This document shows positions 1 to 10,714 of a DNA stretch of 64,000 bases, piece by piece (within the stretch, counting starts at the first letter, position 1; every line of letters starts with the position of its first letter). The position numbers and the translations under genes are program-made. The notes below the pieces were generated by a model, which made no database searches, was not told the DNA's origin, and saw only the letters and a program-made list of their open reading frames with translations. The DNA is from Thiobacillaceae bacterium. Its GTDB lineage: Bacteria > Pseudomonadota > Gammaproteobacteria > Burkholderiales > Thiobacillaceae. The stretch spans positions 11,604 to 75,603 of the forward strand of contig DAOKZP010000007.1 of the NCBI GenBank assembly GCA_035325585.1, written 5' to 3'.

Positions 1-1
1 C

Positions 2-196
2 AAGGTGATCGCGTACGGCGATACGCGCGAGCAGGCCATCGCCCGCATGCGCGGGGCGCTGATGGAAATGGTGATCGAAGGCATCGAGAGCAACATTCCG
101 CTGCACCAGGACCTGATGAACGATGCCGCTTTCCTCGCCGGCGGCACCAGCATTCACTACCTGGAACACAAACTGGCAGGGGAACCGGAGGCGTGA
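2..196 (+). CDS. accC: Acetyl-CoA carboxylase biotin carboxylase subunit, 3' end (truncated by window edge)
   Basis: KVIAYGDTREQAIARMRGALMEMVIEGIESNIPLHQDLM...IHYLE is the typical AccC C-terminus; accC-prmA synteny. Confidence 0.9.
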   Translation, partial: KVIAYGDTREQAIARMRGALMEMVIEGIESNIPLHQDLMNDAAFLAGGTSIHYLEHKLAGEPEA

Positions 197-274
197 ACGT
201 CGTGGCGGGCTGTTTCCCGGGACCAGCGACCCGCCGGATCCATCGCCTGCCGGGCCGGCGCTGACCCGATTCCC

Positions 275-1168
275 ATGCCCTGGCAGTCCATCCGCATTCG
301 CGTCGATTCCGAGCATGCCGAACCGCTGTCCGATGCGCTGATGGAGCAGGGCGCCTTGTCGGTCTCGCTGGAGGATGCCGACGCTGGCACCATCGACGAG
401 ACGCCGCTTTTCGGCGAACCCGATCATCCCAGTGCCGCGCTCTGGCCGCGGAGCATCGTCACGGCGCTCCTGGAGGAGGACGCCGATGCGGCTGCGGTGC
501 TCGCGGCCGCGTCGGCGCAATGTGGAATTCCCGCCCCCGCAGACTACGCCGTCGAGATCGTCGACGAGCAGGATTGGGTCCGCCTCACACAGGCACAGTT
601 CGAGCCTATCCGAATCTCCGAACGCCTGTGGATCGTGCCGACCTGGCATACCGCGCCCGATCGCGGTGCGACCAACATCAAGCTCGATCCCGGCCTCGCG
701 TTCGGAACCGGCACGCACCCGACCACGCGCCTCTGTCTTCGCTGGCTCGATACGCATCTCGCGGGCGGCGAGGCGCTGCTCGATTACGGATGCGGCTCCG
801 GCATCCTCGCGATCGCCGCGTCCAAGCTCGGCGCGACACCGATCGACGGCACCGACATCGACCCCCAGGCAATCCGCGCCTCGCGCGACAATGCAGCACT
901 GAACGGAATCACCGCACACTTCTGCCTGCCCGACGAACTGGCGCCGGGGCAGTATGACGTGGTCGTCGCCAACATCCTCACCGGTCCGCTCAAGGCCATG
1001 GTGGGGCTCCTCACCGGCCGGGTACGCGCCGGCGGACGGCTGGTCCTGTCCGGCATTCTTGCGGAGCAGGCGGAGGATGTGATGGCGGCCTATCGCGACG
1101 GCTTCGTTTTCGACCCACCCGAGATCGACGACGGCTGGGTACGTCTCGTCGGCGTCAGACGACGGTGA
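275..1168 (+). CDS. prmA: Ribosomal protein L11 methyltransferase
   Basis: Motifs DPGLAFGTGTHPTT, LDYGCGSGILAI and VVANIL. Confidence 0.97.
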   Translation: MPWQSIRIRVDSEHAEPLSDALMEQGALSVSLEDADAGTIDETPLFGEPDHPSAALWPRSIVTALLEEDADAAAVLAAASAQCGIPAPADYAVEIVDEQDWVRLTQAQFEPIRISERLWIVPTWHTAPDRGATNIKLDPGLAFGTGTHPTTRLCLRWLDTHLAGGEALLDYGCGSGILAIAASKLGATPIDGTDIDPQAIRASRDNAALNGITAHFCLPDELAPGQYDVVVANILTGPLKAMVGLLTGRVRAGGRLVLSGILAEQAEDVMAAYRDGFVFDPPEIDDGWVRLVGVRRR

Positions 1169-2262
1169 AATACCGCACCACCTGCACGCAGTGCGCCACG
1201 ATCTTCCGGCTCGAGACGGATCAGCTCGAGGCGGCGCGGGGCTGGGTGCAGTGCGGCGTGTGCGGCGCGGCGTTCGACGCGCGCCCCGCGTTGCGCATGG
1301 AGGACGGATCCGCCGTGCCGGAAATGGACGCACCCGTGGCGACGGCCGCAGCCGATCCGGCGCCTGCTGAGACCCCACCACTCGATGCGCCCACCGATAC
1401 CTCTGCACCCTCGGAGACTGGCGAAGACGGCGGCGAACCGGCTTCGCCGGCACCGAATGACGCGCCCCCGCCGGTGGAGACTCCGGCGGGAATCACCCAG
1501 CGTGAGACTGCAAGCGATCTGACTTCCATCATCCTCATCGACCCCGACATCCCGGTACCGGATGATTTCGGTCCGATGCCGCAGATCGGGGGGGGCGCGA
1601 GGGCGGGCACGCGGTTGATATACCCTGCGGCCGATTCGGCCGAGCCCGCCACGCCCGCGTTCCCGCCGTCGGAGGCCGCACGCGACCCATCCGGAGTCGG
1701 TCCGGAACCCGAACCCGTGGTACACGCCGTGCGCTCGTCGGCGCCGCAACTGCAGCCGATCGAATGGGACGAGCCGGAGCTTCCGCGCCGCGGTCGACGC
1801 ACATGGGCATGGGCCGGTGTCAGCGTGCTGCTGCTTGTGCTCCTTTCTGCGCAGGGCGTCTACTTCTTGCGGGATACGCTGGTCAGCCACATGCCGCAGA
1901 CCCGGCCCGCGCTCGAGCGCATGTGCGAGCTTATGGGGTGTGCGCTATCGTTGCCGAAGAATCTCGCACTCCTGCAGATCGTGGGGTCCGACCTGGAAAC
2001 CGAGAATCGGGGCCGCCTGCGACTGACGCTCACCCTGGGCAATCGGGCCGCGCACGCACAGGCGTGGCCGGTGCTGGTGCTCACGCTCACCGATCAGCGC
2101 AGCCGGCCCCTGGCGCGACGCAGTTTCGCCCCCAGCGAGTATCTCGGCGATAGCGAGCGCATCGCCGCGGGGGTGCCGCCGCGCAGCGAACAGCCGCTCA
2201 GCCTGCCGCTCGTCGTGCACGATCTGAAGCCCATGGGGTTCGGCCTGCAGCTCGTCTACTGA
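1165..2262 (+). CDS. Zinc-ribbon (MJ0042-type) / DUF3426 membrane protein
   Basis: N-terminal CxxC...CxxC, Pro/Ala-rich linker, one TM helix, C-terminal domain with CxxxGC; GTGA overlap with prmA. Confidence 0.85.
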   Translation: MKYRTTCTQCATIFRLETDQLEAARGWVQCGVCGAAFDARPALRMEDGSAVPEMDAPVATAAADPAPAETPPLDAPTDTSAPSETGEDGGEPASPAPNDAPPPVETPAGITQRETASDLTSIILIDPDIPVPDDFGPMPQIGGGARAGTRLIYPAADSAEPATPAFPPSEAARDPSGVGPEPEPVVHAVRSSAPQLQPIEWDEPELPRRGRRTWAWAGVSVLLLVLLSAQGVYFLRDTLVSHMPQTRPALERMCELMGCALSLPKNLALLQIVGSDLETENRGRLRLTLTLGNRAAHAQAWPVLVLTLTDQRSRPLARRSFAPSEYLGDSERIAAGVPPRSEQPLSLPLVVHDLKPMGFGLQLVY

Positions 2263-2524
2263 GGCTGGCTGCCGTTTCGCTTCTTCGGTATAGTGCGCGT
2301 TCCCGTCACGCGGTTGCGGGCGCTTATGTTCGCCTCTCGCCGACGACGCGATCCCGCCGGATCGCGCGGGCAAACGGACCGCAGGCCTCGGAATTCTCCG
2401 GCGTGCGTAGTCCAGGATCATCGCCGAAGGGGCGGCAATCACATCGGCGGCCGCGATCTCCGAGCTGACCGGGCGCGAGGCACGACGCGGATCCGCGCTT
2501 CTGCCTTCTAAATTTGGGTGCGCA

Positions 2525-3610
2525 ATGTCCGACCTCAAGAAAACTCCGCTCAACGCCATCCATCGCGAACTTGGCGCCAAGATGGTCGATTTCGGCGGCT
2601 GGGACATGCCGGTCAGCTATGGTTCGCAAGTCGAGGAACACCATGCCGTGCGTGCCGGCTGCGGTCTCTTCGACGTCTCGCACATGCTGGCCCTGGACAT
2701 CAAGGGTGCCGATGCGCGTGCCTTTCTGCGCCGCCTGATGGCGAACAACGTCGACAAACTGCAGACTCCGGGCAAGGCCTTGTATTCGTGCATGCTCAAC
2801 GAGCAAGGCGGCGTCGTCGACGACCTCATCATCTATTTCATGGACGAGCGCTGGTTCCGTCTGGTCGCCAATGCCGGCTCGGCAGACAAGGATCTCGCCT
2901 GGATGGAGCAGGCGCGTACCGACTGGGGCATGGATCTTGCGCTCGAACCGCGCCGTGATCTCGCGATGGTCGCGATCCAGGGTCCGGCGGCGATCCGGGT
3001 GCTGAACACCGCGCTGCCCGGGGTGGAAGCGATCACTGCAGCGCTGCGGCCCTTCAACGCGACGGCGACCGGCGAGATGTTCATTTCCCGCACGGGCTAT
3101 ACCGGCGAGGACGGCTTCGAGGTGATGATGCCAGCCAAGGCCAGCGCCTTCTTCTGGAAGGCCCTGATGGAAGCCGGCGGCCGTCCGATCGGCCTCGGTG
3201 CACGCGATACGCTGCGCCTCGAGGCCGGCATGAACCTCTACGGCCAGGACATGGACGAGACCACGAACCCGCTGGAATCGGGGCTCGCCTGGACCATCGA
3301 CCTCAAGACCGATCGCGACTTCGTCGGCCGCAAGGCGCTGGAAGCAAGCGAAGTCCGCCAGCAGCTCGCCGGGCTCGTGCTCCTGGACAAGGGCGTGCTG
3401 CGCAGCGGGCAGCGGGTCCACACGAGAAACGGCGACGGGCAAACCACCTCCGGCACCTTCTCGCCTACACTGCAGCAATCGATCGCACTCGCCCGGATTC
3501 CGCTCGGCATTGCACCGGGGGAAACCGTCGACGTCGAGATCCGCGACAAGAAACTCAAAGCCAAGGTGGTGAACTACCCGTTCGTACGCAACGGCAAGAT
3601 ATTGATCTAG
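2525..3610 (+). CDS. gcvT: Glycine cleavage system aminomethyltransferase T
   Basis: Motifs [31 protein letters not shown] and [13 protein letters not shown]. Confidence 0.97.
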   Translation: MSDLKKTPLNAIHRELGAKMVDFGGWDMPVSYGSQVEEHHAVRAGCGLFDVSHMLALDIKGADARAFLRRLMANNVDKLQTPGKALYSCMLNEQGGVVDDLIIYFMDERWFRLVANAGSADKDLAWMEQARTDWGMDLALEPRRDLAMVAIQGPAAIRVLNTALPGVEAITAALRPFNATATGEMFISRTGYTGEDGFEVMMPAKASAFFWKALMEAGGRPIGLGARDTLRLEAGMNLYGQDMDETTNPLESGLAWTIDLKTDRDFVGRKALEASEVRQQLAGLVLLDKGVLRSGQRVHTRNGDGQTTSGTFSPTLQQSIALARIPLGIAPGETVDVEIRDKKLKAKVVNYPFVRNGKILI

Positions 3611-3720
3611 CACCGGGATCAGGCGTGGGGGCGAGGATGGCGATGCGCGGCCGCCATACCGCCCCCGAGCCGTGATCCGGCCTTGAACCCCGGAATTCAA
3701 CGCGACCAGGACATACGAAG

Positions 3721-4110
3721 ATGAGCATTCCCGCTGACCTCAAGTACACCGCGACTCACGAATGGATCCGCACCGAGCCGGACGGCACGCTGACCGTCGG
3801 CATCACCCATCACGCTCAGGACCTGCTCGGCGACATGGTGTTCGTCGAGACGCCGGCCACGGGCCGCACCCTCGCCAAGGGCGAGGAGTGCGCAGTGGTC
3901 GAATCGGTGAAGGCGGCGTCGGACGTCTACGCTCCGGTCGCGGGCGAGGTCGTCGCCGTCAACGGCGAAGCCGAGTCCAACCCCGAATCGGTGAACCGGG
4001 ACGCTTACGCCGTGTGGCTGTTCCGGCTGAAACCAGCCAACCCCGCCGACGTCGACGGCTTGCTCGACGCGGCCGCCTACGAGAAGCTGGTGGCCACGGA
4101 AGCCCGCTGA
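3721..4110 (+). CDS. gcvH: Glycine cleavage system protein H
   Basis: VESVKAASD lipoyl-lysine motif; HEW and GIT..AQ..LGD motifs. Confidence 0.97.
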   Translation: MSIPADLKYTATHEWIRTEPDGTLTVGITHHAQDLLGDMVFVETPATGRTLAKGEECAVVESVKAASDVYAPVAGEVVAVNGEAESNPESVNRDAYAVWLFRLKPANPADVDGLLDAAAYEKLVATEAR

Positions 4111-4224
4111 GCGTACTGCGGTTTTACGCGCCGACGACACGGAGATGCGGCGGCGCCGCAGCCATGTCCTGCCGGGTGCCGGAATTCTCCGTGACCATGA
4201 ACAATGAATCGCGAGCGCTGACGA

Positions 4225-5601
4225 ATGCCCTTCATTCCCCATACTGACGAAGACGTTTCCAAGATGCTCGGCGCCATCGGCGCGCCTGGCATCGAGACGC
4301 TGTTCGACGAGATTCCAGCCGCGCTCAAAGGAGCCGAGCTCGGCGGCGTGCCGGACGGGCTGACCGAGATGGCGATCGCGCGTCTGATGCAGGAACGTGC
4401 TTCGCAGGACGGCTTCTGGTCGAGCTTCATCGGCGCGGGCGTCTACGAGCACCACATCCCGGCCGCGATCTGGCAGATCACCACGCGTGGTGAATTTTAT
4501 TCCGCCTACACGCCCTATCAGGCCGAAGCGAGCCAGGGCACGCTGCAACTGATTTACGAATACCAGACCATGATGACCCGGCTGACCGGGCTCGACGTGG
4601 CGAACGCCTCCCTTTACGACGGCGCATCGGCGCTGGCCGAGGCGGTGCTGATGGCCGTGCGCGCGCACAAGAGCTCGCGTCGCGTGCTGGTGCCGAAGAC
4701 GGTGCATCCGATCTATCGCAGCGTGGCCGAGACGACGGTGAGGAACCAGAACATCGAGCTGGTCGAGCTCGACTACGATCCGGAGACCGGTCGGACCGTG
4801 CTGCCGGCCGATGCGGGGACTTTCGCCGGGCTGGTGATACCGCAACCCAACTTTTTCGGTGTGCTCGAAGACGTGCATGCGATGGCCGACTGGGCGCACG
4901 CGCACGGCGCGCTCGCGATCGCGCTCGTCAACCCGACGACGCTCGCGGTGCTCGAAGCGCCTGGCGCGTGGGGCGCGAAGGGCGCCGACATCGCCGTCGG
5001 CGAGGGCCAGCCGCTGGGCGTGCCGATGGCGTCGGGCGGGCCGTATTTCGGCTTCATGTGCTGCCGCCAGGATTTCGTGCGCCAGATGCCGGGCCGCATC
5101 GTCGGACGCACGGTCGATCTCGACGGTCGACCCGGTTTTGCGCTGACGCTGCAGGCGCGCGAGCAGCACATCCGCCGCTCGAAGGCCACTTCCAACATCT
5201 GCACCAATCAGGGTCTGGTGGTTACCGCCGCGACGCAGTACATGGCGCTGCTTGGGCCCCAGGGTCTGGCGAAGGTCGCGTCGGCGAGCCACGCCGCCAC
5301 CGTCGCGCTGGCCGGCAAGCTGATGGCGATTCCTGGCGTGAGCCGCGCGTTCACGAGCCCCTTCTTCCACGAAGTCGTGCTGAAGCTGAACGACAATGCG
5401 AAGGACGTGCTGCGTGCATTGCGCGCCCAGGGCATCCTCGGAGGCCTAGACGTTTCCGGCTGGTATCCCGAACTCGGCCAGGCCATCCTCGTCTGCGTCA
5501 CCGAGACCAAGACCGTGGCGGACCTCGACCATTACGCGCAACAAATGGAGCGTATCCTGTCCAAGCGCCGCGAGGCGCCGCCGTGCGCGTACAAGCGCTG
5601 A
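4225..5601 (+). CDS. gcvPA: Glycine dehydrogenase subunit 1
   Basis: Motifs [21 protein letters not shown] and [18 protein letters not shown]. Confidence 0.97.
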   Translation: MPFIPHTDEDVSKMLGAIGAPGIETLFDEIPAALKGAELGGVPDGLTEMAIARLMQERASQDGFWSSFIGAGVYEHHIPAAIWQITTRGEFYSAYTPYQAEASQGTLQLIYEYQTMMTRLTGLDVANASLYDGASALAEAVLMAVRAHKSSRRVLVPKTVHPIYRSVAETTVRNQNIELVELDYDPETGRTVLPADAGTFAGLVIPQPNFFGVLEDVHAMADWAHAHGALAIALVNPTTLAVLEAPGAWGAKGADIAVGEGQPLGVPMASGGPYFGFMCCRQDFVRQMPGRIVGRTVDLDGRPGFALTLQAREQHIRRSKATSNICTNQGLVVTAATQYMALLGPQGLAKVASASHAATVALAGKLMAIPGVSRAFTSPFFHEVVLKLNDNAKDVLRALRAQGILGGLDVSGWYPELGQAILVCVTETKTVADLDHYAQQMERILSKRREAPPCAYKR

Positions 5602-5883
5602 AGGGCCTTTTACGCGGCCTGTCGTTTCGCGAGTCTTCCTCCGGTTGCGCCGAACCCCTGCGCGGATACGGATAGAGCGCCCAGTGTGCGCCGCGAGCTT
5701 CCGGGTCATCGTCGGTGCGATGGGATGGACAGCCCGAGTACCGAGGGAAGCGCAGCGCTGGACTACGCTGTTTGCAGGGACGCGGAGCAGTAAGACGCAC
5801 GCTCGGCGGCGGACCGTATGCAGGTAATGCATGTGAACGCCCGGCCCCCGATTTATTGATTCGTTATCAAAAGGAGAGCAGAC

Positions 5884-6375
5884 ATGGCAGTGACCCTTGG
5901 CGGAGACCCCATCGACGTCGCCGGCACCTTTCCCAAACCCGGCGATGCCGTTCCTGATTTCAAGCTCGTTAACAAGGACCTGGCGGACGTCTCGCTGGCC
6001 GATTTCGCCGGCAAGAAAAAACTCCTCAACATCGTGCCCAGCCTCGATACGCCCGTGTGCGCGAAGTCGACCAAGGTCTTCAACGATGCCGCCGTCGGGA
6101 ACACCGCGGTGCTGATCATCTCGGCCGACCTGCCGTTCGCGATGAGCCGCTTCTGCGGCGCAGAGAGCACGAACAACGTGGTGACGCTGTCGACCATGCG
6201 CGGTGCCGAGTTCATGAAGAACTACGGCGTCGCGATCACCAGTGGCCCGCTCGCGGGTATCACGGCACGTGCCGTGATCGTGCTGGATGAGAACAACAAG
6301 GTCCTGTACTCCGAGCTCGTGCCGGAGATCAAGCAGGAGCCCGATTACGAGGCGGCGCTCGCTGCGCTGAAGTGA
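5884..6375 (+). CDS. tpx: Thiol peroxidase (atypical 2-Cys peroxiredoxin)
   Basis: Motifs PSLDTPVC and [13 protein letters not shown]; AGGAG RBS upstream. Confidence 0.95.
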   Translation: MAVTLGGDPIDVAGTFPKPGDAVPDFKLVNKDLADVSLADFAGKKKLLNIVPSLDTPVCAKSTKVFNDAAVGNTAVLIISADLPFAMSRFCGAESTNNVVTLSTMRGAEFMKNYGVAITSGPLAGITARAVIVLDENNKVLYSELVPEIKQEPDYEAALAALK

Positions 6376-6493
6376 TTTCCGAAGCGCGCGCCCGAAAGGA
6401 CGCGACGAGCGCATGGACGTCTGCGGCCGTATGCGGCGCGGGGCGCATCGCCCCGGCCGTCGCCGCGCTTTCTGCGTACAACCTGGTTCCACG

Positions 6494-7960
6494 ATGCTGA
6501 TATTCGACCATTCCCGCCCCGGCCGCACCGCCGCGGCCCAGTTGCCTGCCGCCGGTGGCAGCCTCGACGATCTTCCGGCCGAACTGCGCCGCAAGGAGCC
6601 TCCAGGGCTGCCCGAAGTCTCGGAGCTGGACGTCGTCCGCCATTACACGCGGCTGTCGCAGAAGAATTTCTCGATCGACACCCACTTCTATCCGCTCGGT
6701 TCGTGCACGATGAAGTACAACCCGCGTGCGTGCAACTCGCTGGCGATGCTGCCGCAGTTTCTCGCGCGTCATCCGGCGAGCCCGGACGACACGGGCCAGG
6801 GCTTTCTCGCCTGCATGTTCGAACTGCAGGAAATGCTGCAGGACGTGACCGGCATGGCCGGCGTGTCGATGGCGCCGATGGCTGGCGCCCACGGCGAGTT
6901 CGCCGGGGTGGCGATGATCCGCGCTTACCACGACGCCAGGGGCGATACGGCGCGCACGGAAATCATCGTTCCCGACGCGGCGCACGGTACGAATCCGGCG
7001 ACCGCAACGATGTGCGGCTATACGGTGAAGGAGATCCCGACCGACGCCAGCGGCGCGGTCGATCTCGCGGCGCTCAAGGCGGCGGTCGGCCCCCAGACGG
7101 CCGGATTGATGCTCACCAACCCGTCGACGCTCGGTGTGTTCGAGCAGGCGATTGCCGAGATCCGCCAGATCGTGCACGATGCCGGCGGCCTGCTCTACTA
7201 CGACGGCGCGAACCTCAACGCCATCCTGGGCAAGGTGCGCCCCGGCGACATGGGTTTCGACGTGATCCACGTGAATCTGCACAAGACATTCTCGACGCCG
7301 CATGGCGGCGGCGGACCGGGCGCGGGCCCGGTGGGCGTGGCCGAACGGCTGCTGCCCTACCTGCCGATCCCGTTCGTGCTGAACGAGAATGGATTTCATC
7401 GTTTGGCGACCGAGGCCGACCGGCCGCAGTCGATCGGTCGCCTGAGCGCGAACATGGGGAACGTCGGCGTGCTCATGCGCGCCTACGTCTACGCGCGCAT
7501 GCTCGGGCGCGAAGGCATGCACCGCGTTGCCGAATACGCCACGCTCAACGCCAACTATCTGATGGCGCGCCTGCGCGATGCCGGCTTCGAGCTTGCCTAC
7601 CCCGAGCGCCGCGCGAGTCACGAGTTCATCGTCACGCTCAAGAAGCTGAAGGACGCGACCGGCGTTTCCGCGATGGATTTCGCCAAGCGCCTGCTCGATT
7701 ATGGCTACCACGCGCCGACGACCTACTTCCCGTTGCTCGTGCCCGAGTGCCTGCTGATCGAGCCGACCGAGACGGAGACGCGCGAAACGCTGGACGGATT
7801 CGTCGAGGCCATGGTCAAGATCAAGCACGAGGCCGAGACGGACCCCGAGCGCGTCAAGGGCGCGCCCTACGATCTGCCGGTACGACGGCTGGATGACGTC
7901 AAGGCGGCGCGCGAGCTGGATCTCGCCTACAGGCCGATGCCAGCCGCTTCCGGCGCGTGA
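6494..7960 (+). CDS. gcvPB: Glycine dehydrogenase subunit 2 (start reassigned to [10 protein letters not shown])
   Basis: Motifs [19 protein letters not shown] and [16 protein letters not shown] (PLP lysine). Confidence 0.96.
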   Translation: MLIFDHSRPGRTAAAQLPAAGGSLDDLPAELRRKEPPGLPEVSELDVVRHYTRLSQKNFSIDTHFYPLGSCTMKYNPRACNSLAMLPQFLARHPASPDDTGQGFLACMFELQEMLQDVTGMAGVSMAPMAGAHGEFAGVAMIRAYHDARGDTARTEIIVPDAAHGTNPATATMCGYTVKEIPTDASGAVDLAALKAAVGPQTAGLMLTNPSTLGVFEQAIAEIRQIVHDAGGLLYYDGANLNAILGKVRPGDMGFDVIHVNLHKTFSTPHGGGGPGAGPVGVAERLLPYLPIPFVLNENGFHRLATEADRPQSIGRLSANMGNVGVLMRAYVYARMLGREGMHRVAEYATLNANYLMARLRDAGFELAYPERRASHEFIVTLKKLKDATGVSAMDFAKRLLDYGYHAPTTYFPLLVPECLLIEPTETETRETLDGFVEAMVKIKHEAETDPERVKGAPYDLPVRRLDDVKAARELDLAYRPMPAASGA

Positions 7961-8334
7961 ACGAGCCGGTCAGCCCGTACAAGGGCAAGACCGGGTTTGC
8001 CCGGATCATCAATGCGGCCGGTTATTCCTGGGCCGGCCTGGTCGCCGCGTTCAGGCACGAGGACGCATTCCGCCAGGAGGTCTTCCTCGCCTTGCTCATG
8101 GTGCCGCTCGCGCTCTATCTCGGCGAGAGCGGAGCCGAGCGCGCGCTGATGATCGCCGCCGTGCTGGGCGTGCTGATCGTCGAACTTCTGAATTCCGCGG
8201 TCGAGGCCGCGGTCGACCGCATCTCGCTCGAGCGCCACGATCTCATCAAGCGCGCCAAGGACATGGGCAGCGCCGCAGTCATGCTCTCACTCGCCAACGT
8301 CGGCATCGTGTGGGCGCTGGTGCTGCTCTCCTGA
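7957..8334 (+). CDS. dgkA: Diacylglycerol kinase
   Basis: Motifs [18 protein letters not shown] and AKDMGSAAV; three hydrophobic segments. Confidence 0.95.
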   Translation: MNEPVSPYKGKTGFARIINAAGYSWAGLVAAFRHEDAFRQEVFLALLMVPLALYLGESGAERALMIAAVLGVLIVELLNSAVEAAVDRISLERHDLIKRAKDMGSAAVMLSLANVGIVWALVLLS

Positions 8335-8379
8335 GCACGACGCAAGTCGACGCGCCACGGAAGCCGGCGATCCGGGGCC

Positions 8380-8397
8380 GCCGCGTATAATCGCGGC
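8380..8397 (+). promoter_or_regulatory. Putative sigma70 -10 element (TATAAT) upstream of the PfkB kinase
   Basis: TATAAT at 8386-8391, flanked by GCCGCG/CGCGGC, 30 nt before the ATG at 8421. Confidence 0.45.
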
Positions 8398-8420
8398 TGT
8401 CATATTTCCCCGTTCCCGTC

Positions 8421-9359
8421 ATGCGTACCCTCATCTGCGGTTCCCTCGCGTACGACTCGATCATGGTCTTCCAGGATTACTTCCGGCATCACATCCTGCC
8501 CGCCAAGATCCACATGCTGAACGTATCCTTTCTGGTGCCGGAGATGCGTCGCGAATTCGGGGGCTGTGCCGGCAACATCGCCTACAACCTCAAGCTGCTC
8601 GGAGGGGATCCCCTGATCGCCGCGACCGTGGGCGACGATTTCGGCGCTTACGCGGAGCGCCTCGACGCGCGGGCGATTCCGCGCGACCACATCCGCCACG
8701 TCGCCGGTACCTTTACCGCGCAGGCCTTCATCACCACCGATCTTGCCGACAACCAGATCACCGCCTTCCACCCCGGTGCGATGAACCACGCGCACGAGAA
8801 CGACGTGCGGCAGGTGCCGGACGTCAAGCTCGGCATCGTCGCGCCGGATGGCCACGAAGGCATGCTGCGTCACGTGCGGGGCTTTCATGAAGCGGGGGTC
8901 CCGAGCATCTTCGACCCCGGCCAGGGCTTGCCTCTGTTTTCCGGCGAAGAACTGCTGGAATGCGTCGAGAAATCGCGGTACGTCATCGTGAACGATTACG
9001 AGGCGGAATTGCTGCAATCTCGCACGGGCGAGAAACTGGAGGCGCTGGCACGCCGGGTCGAGGCCGTGATCGTCACCCGTGGTGCCGAAGGCTCGCATAT
9101 TCACCGCACCGGCTACAGCCGGATCGATATCCCGCCCGCCAGAGCGGAGGCCATCGTCGATCCCACGGGATGCGGCGACGCGTACCGTAGCGGGATTCTC
9201 TACGGCATCGTGCACGGGCTGGACTGGGAAACCTCCGGCCGCCTGGGCAGTCTCATGGGAGCGATCAAGATCGCGCAGCGCGGTGGACAGAACCATCACG
9301 CGACGCGGGACGAGATCGCGCACGCATTCCACGCCCAGTTTGGTTATCATTTTAATTAG
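8421..9359 (+). CDS. PfkB-family carbohydrate/nucleoside kinase (adenosine kinase-like)
   Basis: GSLAYD, GGCAGN, NDYE and the DPTGCGDAY PfkB signature. Confidence 0.9.
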   Translation: MRTLICGSLAYDSIMVFQDYFRHHILPAKIHMLNVSFLVPEMRREFGGCAGNIAYNLKLLGGDPLIAATVGDDFGAYAERLDARAIPRDHIRHVAGTFTAQAFITTDLADNQITAFHPGAMNHAHENDVRQVPDVKLGIVAPDGHEGMLRHVRGFHEAGVPSIFDPGQGLPLFSGEELLECVEKSRYVIVNDYEAELLQSRTGEKLEALARRVEAVIVTRGAEGSHIHRTGYSRIDIPPARAEAIVDPTGCGDAYRSGILYGIVHGLDWETSGRLGSLMGAIKIAQRGGQNHHATRDEIAHAFHAQFGYHFN

Positions 9360-9394
9360 ATCGGTTCGACACGCCGGAAGATTCGGAGCCCCAG

Positions 9395-9850
9395 ATGAAC
9401 AGACCTCTCGTTGCAACGCTCATCGCCGCCAGCGCCCTGCTGCTGGCCGGCTGCCCCGCGGGTTTGGGCAGCAAGGACTACAGCCGCAGCCAGGCCCGCT
9501 CGGTGCAGGAAGTGCAGATGGGCATCGTCGAATCGGTGCGTGAAGTCCTCATCGAAGGCACCAAGACGCCGGTCGGTGCGGGTGCCGGCGCGGTGGTCGG
9601 CGGCGTCGCCGGCAGCACGGTCGGCGGTGGACGCGGCAGCGTGGTCGGCACCGCCGTCGGCGCGGTGCTGGGCGGCCTCGGGGGTGCGGCGGCGGAAGAG
9701 GCCGTTACACGTCAGAAGGGTCTGGAAATCACCGTCAAGCTCGATTCCGGCCGCATGCTCGCGATCACCCAGGCCGACGACGAAACCTTCCGCGTCGGCG
9801 ATCGCGTCCGCGTGCTCACAGGTGGAGGAACGACGCGGGTCACGCATTAA
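9395..9850 (+). CDS. slyB: Outer membrane lipoprotein, SlyB/Pcp glycine-zipper family
   Basis: Lipobox LAGC, glycine zipper, C-terminal GDRVRV. Confidence 0.85.
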   Translation: MNRPLVATLIAASALLLAGCPAGLGSKDYSRSQARSVQEVQMGIVESVREVLIEGTKTPVGAGAGAVVGGVAGSTVGGGRGSVVGTAVGAVLGGLGGAAAEEAVTRQKGLEITVKLDSGRMLAITQADDETFRVGDRVRVLTGGGTTRVTH

Positions 9851-9866
9851 GTATGGCGTCGTTCCG

Positions 9867-9920
9867 TTCATCGTTTCGCAATCCCGTCGTCACCGGGCCT
9901 TAACTGCAGGTCCCTAAGCT
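9867..9920 (+). promoter_or_regulatory. Putative Pho-box array and -10 element upstream of olsB
   Basis: TTCAT/GCAAT/GTCAC/TTAAC at an 11-bp period (9867, 9878, 9889, 9900), then exactly 10 nt to TAAGCT. Confidence 0.55.
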
Positions 9921-9948
9921 GGGCGCATTCCATCCATCGGAGTGCTCC

Positions 9949-10698
9949 ATGCTCGAGCTTCACAGTGCCGTCCAGGCCGCCGCGGGAAGCCGCTACCACG
10001 TCTCGCTGGCGGTGGACGATTGCGAGATCCGCGAGGCGCAACGCCTGAGATACCGGGTCTTCGCCGACGAGATGGGCGCCCGCCTGACGACGTCGCTCGC
10101 GGGCCATGACGTCGATCTTTACGACCCGTACTGCGATCACCTCCTGGTGCGCGAACTCTCGAGCGGAGAGGTCGTCGGCACCTATCGCATCCTCGCGCCG
10201 GACGCGGCCCGCCGCGTCGGAAGCTACTATTCCGAACCGGCGTTCGATCTCACACGCCTGCACTTCCTGCGCCCGCGCATGGCGGAGCTGGGCCGTTCGT
10301 GCGTCGATCCGGCGCACCGCAATGGCAGCGTCCTCGCCCGCCTGTGGGCCGGGCTTGCGGGCTACATGATCCGCTACGGGTACGAATACGTCGTCGGCTC
10401 CGCGAGCATCGGCATGGCTGATGGCGGCCACGTCGCCGCCAGCATCTACCGGCAGCTCTCCGAGCGGCATCTGGCGCCGATCGAATGGCGCGTCACGCCG
10501 CGCTGCCGCCTGCCGCTCGAGTCGCTGGATCAGGATCGGACCGTCGCGCTGCCGCCACTCATCAAGGGCTACACGCGGCTGGGTGCGATGATATGCGGCG
10601 AGCCCGCATGGGATGCCGACTTCAACACCGCGGATCTGCTGATGCTGCTGCCGCTGGCGCAGCTCGATCGTATCTACGCCCGTCGTTTCCTCGCCTGA
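9949..10698 (+). CDS. olsB: GNAT N-acyltransferase, ornithine-lipid OlsB type
   Basis: Motifs AQRLRYRVF, D.D.YD.YCDHL, VVGTYR, ELGRSCV, LPPLIKGY.RLGA and D.DFNTAD. Confidence 0.85.
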   Translation: MLELHSAVQAAAGSRYHVSLAVDDCEIREAQRLRYRVFADEMGARLTTSLAGHDVDLYDPYCDHLLVRELSSGEVVGTYRILAPDAARRVGSYYSEPAFDLTRLHFLRPRMAELGRSCVDPAHRNGSVLARLWAGLAGYMIRYGYEYVVGSASIGMADGGHVAASIYRQLSERHLAPIEWRVTPRCRLPLESLDQDRTVALPPLIKGYTRLGAMICGEPAWDADFNTADLLMLLPLAQLDRIYARRFLA

Positions 10699-10714
10699 CA
10701 CTTACAATGGGCGG

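Noticed and set aside
2368-2415. GGGCAAAC suggesting a c-di-GMP-I riboswitch
   Set aside because: The GAAA tetraloop, GCAAAG and downstream P2 features are missing.
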